A stretch of 60,969 nt of DNA, filler included, from Sphacelaria rigidula (GCA_964200075.2; 10 parts of 10 records of this genome joined end to end with filler, not necessarily neighbours in it), one strand, 5' to 3'; shown: positions 24,621-38,719, counted from the whole stretch's first letter. Program-made: numbers and translations. Notes: generated from the letters alone by a model not told the origin.

Positions 24621-25330
24621 TAATGAAACCACCCATTTCTCTGGGGGGCTATCGCGGCATCACCCGGATTCGCTTTCTCAAGAGGACGACTGCATTTGTG
24701 CCGCATCAGTGGGTGTGCGACAAACAATCGATCAATCGCCGTGCTGTACGAGAGTACTCTCTATCTCGTACGTGTGCATCCTCGCTGTTTTGTGATCCGT
24801 TTGCACGTCTGTCCCGTCTGTCGGCCTTCTCTATAATACGTACCTCCTCCGCCTATTTCTCCATCTCTCGCTGTCGTTGCGTGCGTACCTCTTCCATCCA
24901 AACCGTACAAAACATCACCGGTGAGCACACGTAATGGAAACCAAGCATCATCACTGCGCGGCGAAATCCATCACATCCTGGTGATTGGAAGGCACGCATC
25001 CAAATCTAATAACCTCCCACACAGGAGCGCACGCGCGTGCGCGCCCGTGCCTAGCGCTGTAGCCATCGTCCCTATCTACGTTATTCCTACCACGCAGCCG
25101 TTATTCACTTCTTTAGTTCTACCCCGTTCCTGATAGCATCTGGGAACGGTTGCTCTATTCAGTCTACCGTACGTCATCCCTACCCTACTTACGTCACATC
25201 AGTGTGATGGTCAAACGATTAAGGCAAGCAACAAATAAGTACGCCCCCACCACCCCCCCACCCCCACCCCCGCCCGCCTGCCCGCCCGTCCCTCAAAATA
25301 TTTGCGTGCGATACTCACATGCGAGTGCAG

Positions 25331-28300
25331 GTCCCAGTTGAACGATGGAGATGTGGTGCAATTGACCTGTATCGGGTACAGCGCCAGCGGAGAGGTAATT
25401 AAAGCAAGCAAGCGCCTACGATTCCCCCCCCCCTTTTTGTCGTGCCACAGTAACCACAGTAAGTACACGTACCCCACGAGGTACACAAAGAGCTTTTTTT
25501 TCTCTTTGTTTTTGCTTTGACCCTCTGACGGCGAGCACAGATCATTTGTTGAATCGGCTTCAATTTCACTTGAATAAAGCATGCATGATCCAGATGGACT
25601 ACCCTCGAGGCCGAGGGTTTAATTGACCTTTTTGGAATTGGACCCCCACTGATCAGGGGTGTGGTCGTTTTGACAGCGAGCGGTGCTCCATTTTGTGTTT
25701 CAAGTAAAAATGATGTCGATTCACAACGGACCTTTACCTCTGGTTACTGGGGGTCCGGTCCGAAAAGGGTTAATGTGATGTCACAGTAGGGGTGCACAAA
25801 GAAGTATATAACGCTCTTTCACTTCAGGAGATCCTCAATGAGAAACATCTGGGCCCAATCGTGCAACCTTAGACAATCTTCAAGCCTAAAAAGTGCACCC
25901 GTACCGTCACAACACTTGGAAGTACTGTTTGTACTGCATTGCGTTCTTGCTGTATCTCTCCGACTATTGCCTCGATACACAACCCCAAAAGACGTTTTGT
26001 ACGCTCTCCTCGACGCCTTTTGTTGTTATCCCTCATTGTGTTCGATCATGTATCTAATATTGTATAGCTTCCTATGTAAAACACGCAGTCAGTTATTTTT
26101 ATTTATTCTACACCTATCTTCCCGCCCCTCTCTCATATTCTCGCTCCGATTTTTCAATGCTTACTTGGCAGGACCGACGACCTGCACCCGATTCTTCACG
26201 TACGTGTGCATATGCCGTGGGCACCAAATATATACGCCTAGGTTACCCCCCCCCCCCATTCCCCCCCTTGGATATAGTAGTGTAATCGTCGGCCATATAG
26301 TAGTGTAATCGTCGGCCATCATCCAGAAGTCGGGTTTCCGGTTGCTGACCAAATCGCAGTTTGTACTCAACAAAAAAGTTAGGAGTCGCGTCACGGTAGG
26401 TTTGCGTAGTACATATAACAGGTTTAAATTGTTAGAAGCGTTTCACTTCATCCAAAAAATGACCCATGGAATGTGTGACAGTACGTCATCATGAGTATTC
26501 CAATGTATTCTAACGGGCTAGGGGTATCCCGATGAAATCTTGAACAACAGGATTGTCGTGACCCATATTCTTGTGTACCTCCTGGCCATAGCAGCCCTTC
26601 ATTGAGAAAGATCTGGCCCCCCAAATGTGCAAACCCTAGAGTACCGTGGCATAACCAAGTGCTCGATTTTATTTTTTATTTTCATTTTTCAAGCGATGTG
26701 TTTCTGCATCACCAATATCATGTATAGTACTCATGCCAATGAAGCAGAACAAACTGGTACGTGTTCGTTGTGTCGAAGCTTTTCCCCATCACAGGATGAA
26801 GCCTCAAGTACGAGAATAGTTAAATTAGTGAAATGTACCAGGGTTAAAACACAAGTCTTTTGAGGGAGGGCTTAGAAGAGTCATGCTCCAGTATTGTTCA
26901 AGGGTGGGACGATATTTCTCTGGTTCGAATCACCTAATCCACGATTTCTTTGGCCTGATTGCTCGAAACAGAGAGAAAAAAGGTTGACCGCGGATCATCA
27001 AGGTATCTACGCATTTTTTGCGCTATTCTACATGCCTGGCGTGCGCGTACCTGGGGTGCTGATCAACGCTGAAAATAAAGCCCAAGGATTGATTCGTACG
27101 GCACGAATCAATTACGCAAAAAAAAACTATTTTTCATACGAATCATTAATTGTTCGATTCCTGGCAGTATTTGCACGAGACAATGACGAGTGTGTATGTG
27201 TGTAGAAATGTCGGTGCGTTGTGTACTGATATACTCAACTATCTATGTCTTGAGCGAACAGACACATGGAGCTTCTCTCCCCCACCCCTTCGCCCCGGCT
27301 CCGTCTCGAAAGGGATGCGTGGTCAATGGTCACACGACTAAGGCAAGCAACAAATGAGTACGCCCCCCTTCGCCCCGGAGACGGCAACACAGGACGGGGG
27401 TAAGATATGTCAAATGTTTGAGTGTAATGTATGGAGGGAGAGTAATGAGCGCCCAAATGTTGGAGGTGTCTCGGCCTCAATCAGGGGTAGGAACGGTGCT
27501 CGGTCTCGAAAAGGACGCGTGGTCAATGGCCAATGACTAAGGCAAGCAATACATGAGTACGCCCCCCCACCCCTTTCCTTCCCGTATGTTGATTTGACGG
27601 AAGGACAGGTTTTCAATGTCGATAGTCGTGATCTCGCCGCTAAGTGCGCCGCTGCCCTCGGAGCGGCGAAGCTGATTTACACATACGAGGGAGCTGAGCT
27701 GGAGAACACCGAGACAGGTTCGACTCGAAAAACAGGCCTGCAGTACTTACCATTTCTTTTCCTTCTCTTTTATTTTTTCCTTAATAGACTCTATTGTTTT
27801 TGTTCTATCTTTTCTGTGTTTCTTGTTTTTTCTTCTGCCATTTTTTCAGTTTTGTCTTGTCTCGGGTACGTCTATCGTGTGACCGAGGTTGAATCCCTGG
27901 GCGTTCAGTTTTATAATAGTGCGACAAAAATAAAATAAAATAAAATGAAATAAAATACGAAAAAAAACCCACCTCGAGCGTAAGTAAAACGGACATTCCT
28001 AAGGCACGGGGCTACCCCAAACATTTTTTCCCTGTTGTACTGTAATCATTGTAGACGTTTGTTCTGAACTTCGACATTTTTATCTATACTTATTTTTGTA
28101 TACTAGTATATGTATGCATGTATATATCCTGTTTCGTCTGTCTCGTTTTGTTCAGTTCATATAATGTGTTGTAATTGTCGACATAGTTTCACCCTTTCTT
28201 GAGGTTTCTCAAAGTAAGTGAAGAATTTTTTTGTTTTACTATCCCGTGGATGCGTTTATCTTGCACACCCTGCTAAATGACAATACAGTTCATTACCTTG

Positions 28301-29823
28301 TAAAAAAAAAATGTACTGCGTATGAGGCAGCATCGACTATTACGTCTATTGTCAAGAAGTGTACTGCGTACAGTATCGACTATTGCGTCTATTGCAACAG
28401 ACTTTAGATCTCATACTGTAAGCAATATACTTTTTGACAGTGTAATGTATGGTCCTTATCCAGGGTGTGCTATCTCGTGACCAAGGCTGGATCCCTTGGG
28501 GACGAATCAGTCAGTGTGCGATAATCCTATCAATCGAATACCCACACACAAACACACACACACGTGAAGGGCGGGGTTTTGGATTGCACAGGCGAGACTA
28601 TCCAGAGTCTCCGGCTGAGCGAGGCCAAGGCGCTCGTATCGCGCTACCGGAAAGAACAAGAGGCAGAGGCCAGGCGTGGACCAAATGATGACAGCGCGGG
28701 AGGAGCGGGCGGCAGTGCGGCGTCAGCGTCGGCGGGAGAGGTGGTCGAAGGAGCATCTGAAAGAGGAGTGTCTGATTGTGGGCTGGAGGGAGACTTCGTC
28801 AGGCTGTTGGGGAGGAGCGTTGACGCCTTGTCGGAGGTGACCTTTTGTGTGTGTGTGTGCGTGTGCATGTGTGTCCGTGTCTGTATGTTTGGCGTCGATG
28901 TGTTTTTGTAGATGCGAAAAGCTGTGAATTTTCCCGGGGTATTTGCCCATGTATACCCCCCGGGAAGAGAACAGTGTCCGCAGGGCAGAAGGAGTGCGAC
29001 TGCAGATTGTACCCATGATTACTGTCTGCTCTGTGTTGAAAATTCCGATGTTATATTATGTACGGTACGGGGCATGTTCGGTAGGGTACGAGATTTTTCT
29101 TACAGAGCTTACGGAACTGTCGGGTACCGGTATGGAAACCTTGAACTTTACATAATACACCTGTCGGGTACGGTATGGAGGTCCTACAGAAATCATTTCC
29201 CGGAAAGCCGGGTATTTCAACAAGGGTATATCCGTGCCCCGAGTAAGGGCAAACATTTGCTACAAATATTGTGAAGGTGGGATAAAGCATCGCTGGTTTG
29301 AATCACCGAATCTATGATCTCTGAGGTCTGAATTTTTTCAAGAGAAAAGAAAGTTGACCGCTGGTCAAAACAGTTTCTATTCAATTGTTGTGCTATTCCA
29401 TGTGCCTGGGGTGCGCGTGCCTAGAGTGCAGCGCTAAAAATAGCTCAAGGACTCATTCGTACGGTACGAATCAATTTGACTAGAAGCGAGGAAATCAGAC
29501 AAATTCTACCCACCCGACCCTTGACATCTCGCAGAACTATCGAGCAACGGTACGGGAGGCTGCTGGCAGAACTTGCAGACCTGTCGAGTACGGGTAATAG
29601 CGTAAATACCCGGGTAAACGAAAAATCGTTCCGTACAAAACACAATCTTGGAAAGTTACTACATCCCGTAGAGTAGAGCTGCACGACGTGATGCGTTTTT
29701 AGGGCTGTAGACGTGGGTTGCTGTTGAACCTATAGCAAGAGCGAACTTAGGAGGGGTATACATGTATTCATCGCCGCGGTCAAGGCGACAGAGCTCAAGA
29801 TGAGCAACCCCCCCAGAGACAAA

Positions 29824-29854
<31 letters not shown>

Positions 29855-30082
29855 TGTTGTTGTAGTTGTTGTAGTTGTTGTTGTTGTTGTTGTTGTCATG
29901 ATCCAAATGTTGCTGCTGCTGCTGCTGCTGCTGCTGTTGCTGTTGTTTTGCATGTCTTGGCTGTTCTCGGCACCGTGCTCTCAGGGAGTGTCAAGAGCGC
30001 ACGTCGTGCCCCCTGTATCCGGAGCCTTGCTGCAAGAGCTTTACACTCGAGACGGCTGCGGGCTCCTCATCTCGAGGGACAT
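25331..30082 (+). CDS. argA: N-acetylglutamate synthase (ArgA-type amino-acid acetyltransferase), partial AAK domain
   Basis: Phase-compatible AG/GT exons 25331-25394, 27609-27717, 28592-28836 and 29985-30082. They encode QLNDGDVVQLTCIGYSASGE-VFNVDSRDLAAKCAAALGAAKLIY...GVSRAHVVPPVSGALLQELYTRDGCGLLISRD, which are hallmark ArgA motifs. Confidence 0.92.
25627..25769. mobile_element. piggyBac-like MITE
   Basis: Imperfect TIRs CCTTTTTGGAATTGGACCCCC and GGGGGTCCGGTCCGAAAAGGG, flanked by TTGA and TTAA. Confidence 0.5.
29824..29950. repeat. Compound microsatellite (TAG)n(GTT)n..(CTG)n in a NAGS intron
   Basis: Directly visible in the sequence. Confidence 0.95.
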
Positions 30083-31521
30083 GTGAGAGCCTCTCTGTTT
30101 TTGTCCTTGATCAACTCCTCTTACTTGAATTCGAACTGCCTCCTGGTCGCCCCACGGAAAAACGACCCCCCTTCTCTCCCCCACACATCACACACCGCCT
30201 CCCCCCTCCATTCCACTCCTTGATTCCTTTCACGCTTGTAGTTTTGGGTGTGGAAAGAAGAAGAAATATTGCATGATGAAGGCGGTTTCCCAAGGATGTG
30301 CTGTGTGTAGTGTCAACAGGTCGGCGGTGCGACTCTTGGGCCCCAGCGCAGAGTGTCCTGCATCTCATCTGTTTGTTTGATACCGCGATAGCCCCTCCCC
30401 CCCCCCCCCCCCCCACTTCCCCCACGCCACCCTCCCNNNNNNNNNNNNNNNNNNNNNNNNNNNNNNNNNNNNNNNNNNNNTTAATTAATTAANNNNNNNN
30501 NNNNNNNNNNNNNNNNNNNNNNNNNNNNNNNNNNNNCATTTGACCATTGACCACGCATCCCTTTCGAGACGGAGCACGGGGGATGGGGGGGGGGGTTAGC
30601 CATTCGTTGCTTGCTTTAGTCGTTTGGGTATATTGGGGGGGGGAAGGAATGCCCGGTTTGGGGTGTTCATTTTTAAAAAATCCAAAGAAGGGGATAGATC
30701 GTTTCCCCGTGCCGAAGGAATGTTCCCACCAAACCTCGTCATTTATCCGCTGACTGTATTGTGAACGATTCGAGTTTCGTCAAGACTTGAGCATCGAGAT
30801 ATCTCCGCAGGTCACGGTGGTGTTTACTGGACACGAAAAATCATCTGAACGACGAGCTGTTGGGTATAAATGAGCATCTGCCCCGTGATTAGACGATTGG
30901 TGTGCGGATCACGGCACAATTGGTCTGCGTCGATGAGATATGGTTATGTATGACAGTTTACACCCAAGCTTGCCCAGCTTCAATAACAAACGTAAAATGC
31001 CGTGCACGTACATCACGAGATTTTTATGGTGAAGCCGGGAGTTCCCACCTGTACAAGTAGAGAAACAAGTATTTGGGGCCCACATTTTGGGTCTGGGCAA
31101 CCAAACGACAAACACGCATCGACCCCGCGTGACAGAAGGGTCCCAGCACACGCATTGATTGTGTTGCTAAGCCTTTCTACGATGTCTCCCCCCAAAAAAA
31201 CAGTCCAAAATTGTCACGAAGAAAATGGGCATACGGCGCCTGATATTTGGGCGACATTTGGCGAAACAAACCCAAGCGCGAGAATCCCAGCAGCTCGTTG
31301 TGCTCGGTTTTTTTCATTTCGATTTTACAGGCTATATCGTAGAAAGGGTCTGCCTAATACTGTACTACAATACTCTACTCCGTAGTACGACATGCGGTTG
31401 CCATCCTCGTTCCTGCTTAGCGAGGTTTGTCACCTCTTTGTCGATTCATCATTGTGATACCATGACTAAAAGCGATGACCCGAGAATCCCATACCTCACT
31501 TGAACTAACTGCCGTTGATCT

Positions 31522-32246
31522 CAGGGTCTTTCACGGGAAAACGGGACGGGTTGGGACGGAAAAAATCCCCGCTCAATCAAAAAATGGTGGAGACGGGGCG
31601 TTACGGCGGAAAGAATGCCCCCTGAGAACATGACGTGAAGGGACGGGACGGGAAGCGGAGTGGACGGGAAGTTCCCATTCCATCCCGTTGCCACGGGAAG
31701 CGGTAAACGTAGCCCCGCGAGATTCCCGCCCCGTCCCGTTGTCACCGGAAAATAAGATCGTCCGGTGAGACGGCCGTCCCACCCCGTCCCGTCGTTGCGG
31801 GAAATGCGTGCCCTGACCCCGAAATATGTGCGCTTAGACCAGAACTTTATGCAAGCGATACCTTCGCGCATCAGCAAGCAAGAAGCATCCCTAGTTTTAT
31901 TTTTTGTAATATAAACGATCCGGATATACCCCCAGACATCTTCAATTTCCAGTAAGATTGGACGGGATTTCCCATTCCACCGACAAGACGTTGCGTGGTA
32001 CCGGAATGGGATCCCACGTAAAATATTTCGGGAAACAGCGATAAACGTCCCGCGAGGACGGGACGGGAACGAGGAAGACTAAGAAGGGGTCGAGACGGAA
32101 CGGGAGCTTTCCCTGTGCCCCGAGAAACGACGGAACGAGAGGGGATGGGGGCCCCTGGAAAAAAGATGAGATCGGACGGTACGGGAAGCCCCCCCATGAA
32201 AAATGACGGGACAGGATCGGAGAAGTTGTTCTCGTGAAGAACCCTG
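31522..32246. mobile_element. Non-autonomous hAT-like element with GGGACGGGA subterminal motifs
   Basis: TIRs CAGGGTCTTTCACGGGAA and TTCTCGTGAAGAACCCTG. Many GGACGGG/CCCGTCC motifs at both ends. The 8-bp TSD is only half conserved. Confidence 0.65.
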
Positions 32247-32791
32247 GTCGAATATCACAAAATGATTGATGAAAAATCTGTTTTCGTTCACGAAACAAAA
32301 TAGGGGTGCTTCAAAATATACATACTATACGGGTGGTGTCCCGAGCCTACCACGATGCATGTACCATGCATATATGATTCGAAAATAACAACAAGTATAG
32401 CGGCGATGCGGCACGCACAGTGTCCGGAGTTGTTGTGTTCGGTCCTCCTGCTGTTCACGGCGATGATTCTCACGAGAAGCTTGCAGCCGTCTTGGGATAA
32501 TAATGAGAATATTTGCGGCGTGAGTGAGTACGTGTGCGTCATCAGCAATCCATGAACATGCTTCGCATATTTTTGTGTCATGAGTGTCATGATGTTGAAA
32601 GGCGTTCACCGCGTACTCCCCTAGAACCCGTAGATCGGTTGTCGTCAGATATGTTAGATCTCCGATATCGCGGATAGATGGATAGTCATGTCAAGTCCTT
32701 GGATCTCCGGTTTGATTAGTAGACGAATCGGTTTGCTTTCCCTAGCCTCAAGGCGGTGATACTTCGTTGTTTTTGGGAATGGTTGAGCCGA

Positions 32792-32983
32792 GCCCTGCCT
32801 TACATGTAGCACATTGGTTCTCGATCGAGAATGTGCGGTGGAAAACCAAAATCCTCATCTGATAGGTCGTAATTTCAACCATCGTCGAACATTTTGAAGA
32901 TGGATACAATCACGACCTATCAGATGGGATATTTTTTTTCCACTGCACAATTTTGATCGAAAGCTCACGTGCTAAGACAGGGC
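32792..32983. mobile_element. Fold-back (palindromic) MITE
   Basis: ~85-90 bp imperfect inverted arms (GCCCTG..CATCTGATAGGTCGT / ACGACCTATCAGATG..CAGGGC) with a short loop. Confidence 0.7.
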
Positions 32984-33995
32984 CTGAAACTCATGCCTCA
33001 ATCCTCAGTTGGGACAGTCTTCTTGCTTGGATTTACTACTTACTCACCTACTTGCCCATTTTCGGTGGAAACAGGACAGAACAGTAAACAAAAATCAATC
33101 AATCTACCAAAAGCGTGAGGATCAGCTTCTTCTATAACCAATAGTAGGCGCGTATATCTTCCACGTGAGTCTGAGAGGATAAAGATGCATCCGAGTGTGT
33201 CATGTACACATTCTGCTACCTGGAAGGAGACGTATAGCGTTCGCTCAGCGGAGTTGGTCCTTTTTGCATGTGGGGAAAAGTCGAGGGGGGGGAAATGAGG
33301 AACTTCGGGATGAATGATTTGTCCTCCTTGTCGTCCGCAACTACTACTCCATTACAATGTTCTTCAACAGCGACGCCATAAAAATCAACAGTGCACCGTA
33401 TGTATGTATAGGGGGGGAAAAAAATCGATTTTTTGGGGACAAGCAACTTTTCGATCTTCAAACAAAAACACTAGTACCAGCGACATTTTTACTGCGATCA
33501 ATGATCCAAAGTGCGGATGGTGATGAGGGCGGTCGAATTTTCCATAATGTAAAGTGTCGTAATAATCAAACACATAACAATGCGACACAACGAACAAATT
33601 GTTCGGGGAGAAATAGCAGAAAGTGAACATTTTTTACGTTACTTTTGTTACGACATGAACTATCCGGGGAACGCTTCTCTTTCTTTTTTTGTCCACCTAC
33701 CGTCAGATACTAAATTTGCCTAGAGGGGAGGCTTGGCGGCTTGCTGCGCTCTAGCGCACGTTTCACTCGATCTTTCACACACCCAATCTTCTTGCTGTAC
33801 GAGTAGGCCGGACTGGCGGTTCCTCGTGTCGCACACTACAAAACACTACGAAACATATGGTAAATCCTTCGAAATATTCAGCAAACTCAAATATTACACG
33901 CACTTGAAATCGAGCCGTTGACTGATGTTGTACATAATCTACCAATGATTGTCCACCTCCACTCCTGCGAAGAAAATATCACCATCATCATCGCC

Positions 33996-34027
<32 letters not shown>

Positions 34028-34109
34028 AGACGACGATTCAAGAAAAATAAACAGCTGGGCCGTCAATTCCGACAGCCACTTCGTTAGATTGTTCGATCTT
34101 ATCTCGCAC

Positions 34110-34211
34110 TCTATTCTGCACGGCGCCAGCCCCCCGTTTAGCGGCGAAAAAGACCCTCCTCGCCTTCGTCTTGACGAACGCCAGCTCCTCTTCTCGCAGT
34201 TTGGCTTTCCG
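34110..34211 (-). CDS. Possible isolated 102-bp exon of an unknown gene
   Basis: CAG|...|GTGCGA boundaries, phase 0, encoding RKAKLREEELAFVKTKARRVFFAAKRGAGAVQNR. No family recognised. Confidence 0.3.
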
Positions 34212-36218
34212 CTGTTGTTCGCAGCAATAATGTAGACGGCAAGCTCATTAACAATATTCCGATACTGGCATCAGCATGAGCTGTGTGCGTCTTCGACGAG
34301 CATAACTAGCAATATTATTCGGTCAAATAACCTCGGGTTTAACGAAATGCATTTTCTGCGTACACGGTATCACTATACATGTACTGACACAGCTCGGGAA
34401 ATCATGTATATCATTCTGTCGAGCCGCGCTGTTTGTTTCCGTGACCCCTGAAATGCCCAGGTGTCCCATCTGTTCAATCGGCATCGCGTTGGCTCGACAA
34501 AAAACTGCCACAAGACGCGGGTGCCCATCTTTCAGTACATGGACGCTCAAGGTTGAACGCACAGTTGACGTCTGGCACATCAAAACATCGCTATTTCATG
34601 CACACGTACGTGCAGGCATTTTCCGATTTCGTCGATTCATCAGTCACACGGTAGCTGGACGATGCAACCAGCGCTTGTCTAGAGTGTGCCATGCGTGTCG
34701 GTCCGCATGCTGTTTATACGGGGTCACAGCGTACATGATGTGGGGGTAGAAGGGTCTGACGATGGCATGTAAATGGAACACGTGGGGCGAGCTGCTTAAC
34801 CAGTGGGGAGTAAGCATCGTGGGGGGCGTTCGTAGCGGGGGGACAGAGTGAGAAAGGCGGGAGGGGGCAGCATGCGCATACGCGATGAACTCCCCGGACT
34901 TGATCAAAGGTATACTGTTATCGACTCTCCCACTCTCCCATCAACAAACAGCATGATGTTTTACTGCTATAAGTTACTGCTTTTTCTGCGAGCTGCGTGC
35001 ACCACCTAACCTCTACCGTACATATACACAGATTGGAGACGAAGAAGTTCGCCCAACATTGGGTCGTCAATGCCATTCGGTACCATGATATCCTCGGAGA
35101 AACTCACTGAGGAGTGGACGTTTCCGAACGCGATCATCTCCCCGCGAAGGTGATGGATGGGGTAGCTGGCCCGACGTAAAGTGCTCCGTCCGACAACAAT
35201 CGTCACATCTCCAGGAGTGTTTTCGGACGGCACAAATTTCTTGCTTAACAGCACCATAGCTGTGACGATAGTCGTGCTCGACAACTACCCTGACTGCGCG
35301 GTGCATCTGTCCCGGGTTGTACAGTATTAGGGGGGGTCATTGCTCCGTTTGTATTTTGTGCTGTATGTGTCGGATGAACGAAGCAGCAAGAACGACGCAC
35401 GAGGCTGTCAATGCGAAGCGCGTAGACGAGGCGTGCAATACATGCATCAGAAAACCGGTACAGTAATAAATACTGCCAACTAAACGGGTAAGTTATGACA
35501 AGCATTTCTCAAAGACTCGTTGTCTTTTACTGTACTTGTACACGTTGGTCACACGGAGGGAAGGCCTTTCAATCAAATCGCATACTGGACAGTGGTACAG
35601 TTCAGCACCCACCATGTTGCCGTACATCGCGAGATGTGTATGTGGATATTTACGGCAATATTTAGCATCCGCGTGTTGTTAAAATATCATGCGTTGATCG
35701 TTGAGCACCCGATGGTCAAACTGGTAGACAGTACACCAACGGCCAGTTAATGCATCGTCCTCGTCTATCTTGTGACAATCACATGTGAGTCCGTAGCAGT
35801 TCGCTTCATGCGCGATAAAGAATAAATCAATGAAAGAAACAATCAGAAATTCGTGGGTTCATATGCATGAAAAATTTTCAACAGAATCTGTTTTCCGACG
35901 TACAGATGTCAAAAACGTGTGGACGTGTATGGCTATCAATAGAAAATAAAAGTACACATCCGGTGAGAGTCGATGGCCGGGCGATGTCTTCATCCCTTCA
36001 GACCCTCGACTCGTCTCCAGCAACGGGAGGCTCAGTGTATGGCCCACCTTGTGTGAATCTTCGATGCACTGGTATCCAAGGACCAGCCGTCTGGGATTGA
36101 CGTAGGTGTGGATTAAACGCAGTCTACACGACATCCTTTATCCAAAAAATGGAAAAATGTTATTTTTATTTAGACAACGGCCGACAAAATAATTCAATAA
36201 TGGTCGGTTGTAACTTTC

Positions 36219-36468
36219 GACAAATGCCGAGATGGCCCCCCCACAAAAAGTGCACCGGAGACCATCCGACAAACCGGTTGCGATCCCACTATTGGGCTCG
36301 TTTGCAGCGATATCGCCCACATGAGAGGCGTGTAGCAGTCTGAAATCAGCTATAACGCCCAAATGAGCTGCGTCGTGCAGCGCGAAACCAGCTCTAACGG
36401 CATTTTTCATCATCGCCTCCGTGCACTTTTTTGGCCGGTTCGGGGGGGGGGCTATCTCGGCAGCAGTC
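36219..36468 (-). mobile_element. ~250-bp MITE with GAC...GTC termini, copy 2
   Basis: Reverse-complement homolog of 4719-4979. Flanks TTTC/TTTT. Confidence 0.8.
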
Positions 36469-36919
36469 TTTTCACGTCCACTTGCTGCTCCTTTTTTTTT
36501 TCCCCCTTGAACTTTGAACCCCTCCCCTTCCTCGGGTTGACCCNNNNNNNNNNNNNNNNNNNNNNNNNNNNNNNNNNNNNNNNNNNNTTAATTAATTAAN
36601 NNNNNNNNNNNNNNNNNNNNNNNNNNNNNNNNNNNNNNNNNNNCATGAAGCGCCTCATATTGGCGACATTGGCTAGAACCGAACCCAAGCGTGGGAATTC
36701 TCAGCTTCTCGTTGTGCTAGGCTTTTCCCATTTCGATTAACATGAAGAATTTGCCTCCAATAACCATGCACTTTTGGGGGGGGGCTATCGTAGAAAGTGT
36801 CATATATATATGTGGAATGTTGTAGAATTTGAACCTTGGACCGAGCCCCCAGAAGCAAGAATCATCTTCGCGACCTCGCAGCAGTGGATAGAACAAATTA
36901 TAGCACTGGCCCCAACGAA

Positions 36920-37065
36920 AGCATACCGAGAACCATCGGGCAAGGCGGGTGCAACGTGTTTCGTAGGCAAAGGATGCGTTGCCAGACCTCGAATCGGCGC
37001 CCCAGGCGCCGAATTAGACAAGAACGCGTTCTGGGACGCTAGGAGAATGCTAGGAGCACATCCCC
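36920..37065 (-). repeat. Interspersed repeat family
   Basis: Homologous to ~49840-49985(+) and, more distantly, ~37850-37975(+). Confidence 0.65.
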
Positions 37066-38289
37066 CATGAAATATCCGGATTTCGGTTTTCACACCAAGA
37101 TCAACATTGACCGACTCACGCTCCCGAATGGGAAGGTATACTGCGCCAAGACGACACAAAGCAATCGGCCCACTTTCGCTGAGGCCACATGGCACCGAAG
37201 TCCCAATCATATCTTTCAGTGGACCCACCCATCCTAAGACACGCATCTGTTGTATCGGCAATGGTGGGTGACGGACGACCGTTTGTTTCATTCCCTCTTG
37301 CAAAACAACATTTTGGAGTCCGATGAAACCCTACACCGCGAGGGTAGTCCATCTGGACCATGCATACTTTTTTAAAATGAAAAATGATGCCGATTCAGCA
37401 TCTGACCAAACCGTCGCGGTCAAAGAGCTAATTAATATCATATTCATCAAATGAGCAGCCATGCCCACGGAACAACAAATACACTTTGAAACGCGAGTCA
37501 TTCGTCCAACAAAAGTTGTGGAATCATGGCAGCCGATAAATCAAGCTCCTCAAACCATGACGAGGTGATGAACCAACACCCGCCCAGCCCACATTACACA
37601 CCCGGTGACTATTTGTACTCCACTCGTCTGTGTTAGGGCTGTCCTCGTTGAAGTTCATCAGTGCATATGACTTTGTCGCATGTTGAGCACATCATGTTGA
37701 CCCAACTTTGATCCGCCCAAAAATGGTTCAGCTTCCTGGTTTCAGGCGTTAGGCTACAAATGTTCATGGTTGATATTACTTGATTTGAGTGCGTACAACG
37801 AGAATCGGAATTTTAGTAGAGCTGACGGTCCCGTGTACTCCTCGGGTGCGCACTACGCGTTTTCGTTTAAATCTGCGCCACAGAAACCGATTCGGGGTCT
37901 ACCAAGGCCTCACTTTCTTCCGGGAATGTATGTCCCGCCCTTACCCGAGTGTTTTCGGTGTGCGTTGGGTTGGTTCAACCCGATCAGCCTCCTTGCATGC
38001 CAGGGTATCGCAAGCGTGGACGAAAGGCAACGCAGTGGCATGTAATAACGGTAGGGTTTCGACTTTAGACGGCAGTCCACTTTTTTTCGATATGAATTTT
38101 GGATCCATGCCGTTCTTTTCCGATGACATAAGGCGCATTTTATTCCACAAGCCTGGATAAGCCCCGGAAGTCGGTCTGTTCGTGTCTGTTCGTGATATTG
38201 GTAGGTGACTCTTCTTTTGCCCATTTTGTGGGGTCAGGCGCGCCCACAACTGTACAGCATATTAACAACAATGAACAGTACACAGGGTG

Positions 38290-38495
38290 ACGAAACCCTG
38301 TGAAGCGTACTGTGCGACGCGAAAAAATACCCCACAGTCAAATCCCCGCGAGTAACACTGCAGAGTTTCCCTGAAACCCTGTGAAGCGTCCTACGTGGCG
38401 CAAAAAACCACCCTACAGCCACATCCCCGCGAGAAACACTGCACAGTTTCCCTGAACCCTGTAGACGTGCCCCACAGGGTGCTATCTGTCTACTT
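38290..38495 (+). repeat. ~80-bp tandem units ending in ACAGGGTGCT(A/G)TCTGT; dispersed family
   Basis: Two AAACCCTGTGAAGCGT.. units. The same end motif occurs at ~58480-58515(+) and ~55667-55715(-). Confidence 0.65.
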
Positions 38496-38719
38496 GTGTT
38501 CTTTTGTTTGATCCGACTTATTGTTTTGGAATGAAATGTTTTGGACTACTACGGGCGTTCTATTAGGCATATACAGATGGCGCGTGCATGTCAGATATTC
38601 ACCATCACCGGTTTTCGCTTCGTAGCATGGCCGTGTGTACATATACTGACAGCCAGTAGATGGGATTTGTACGACAGAGTTCAATATCCTCGTTTTGCCT
38701 AATTGATATGAATTCACGG

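Noticed and set aside
34640..35290. Minus-strand ORFs 35006-35284 and 34644-34907 as exons
   Set aside because: The reading frame is ambiguous and no homology was recognised, so they could not be supported.
36138..36413. Apparently conserved small protein (ALHDAAHLGVIADF..) repeated at 4716 and 56258
   Set aside because: It is a translation of MITE copies, with no consistent start or stop and no splice signals.
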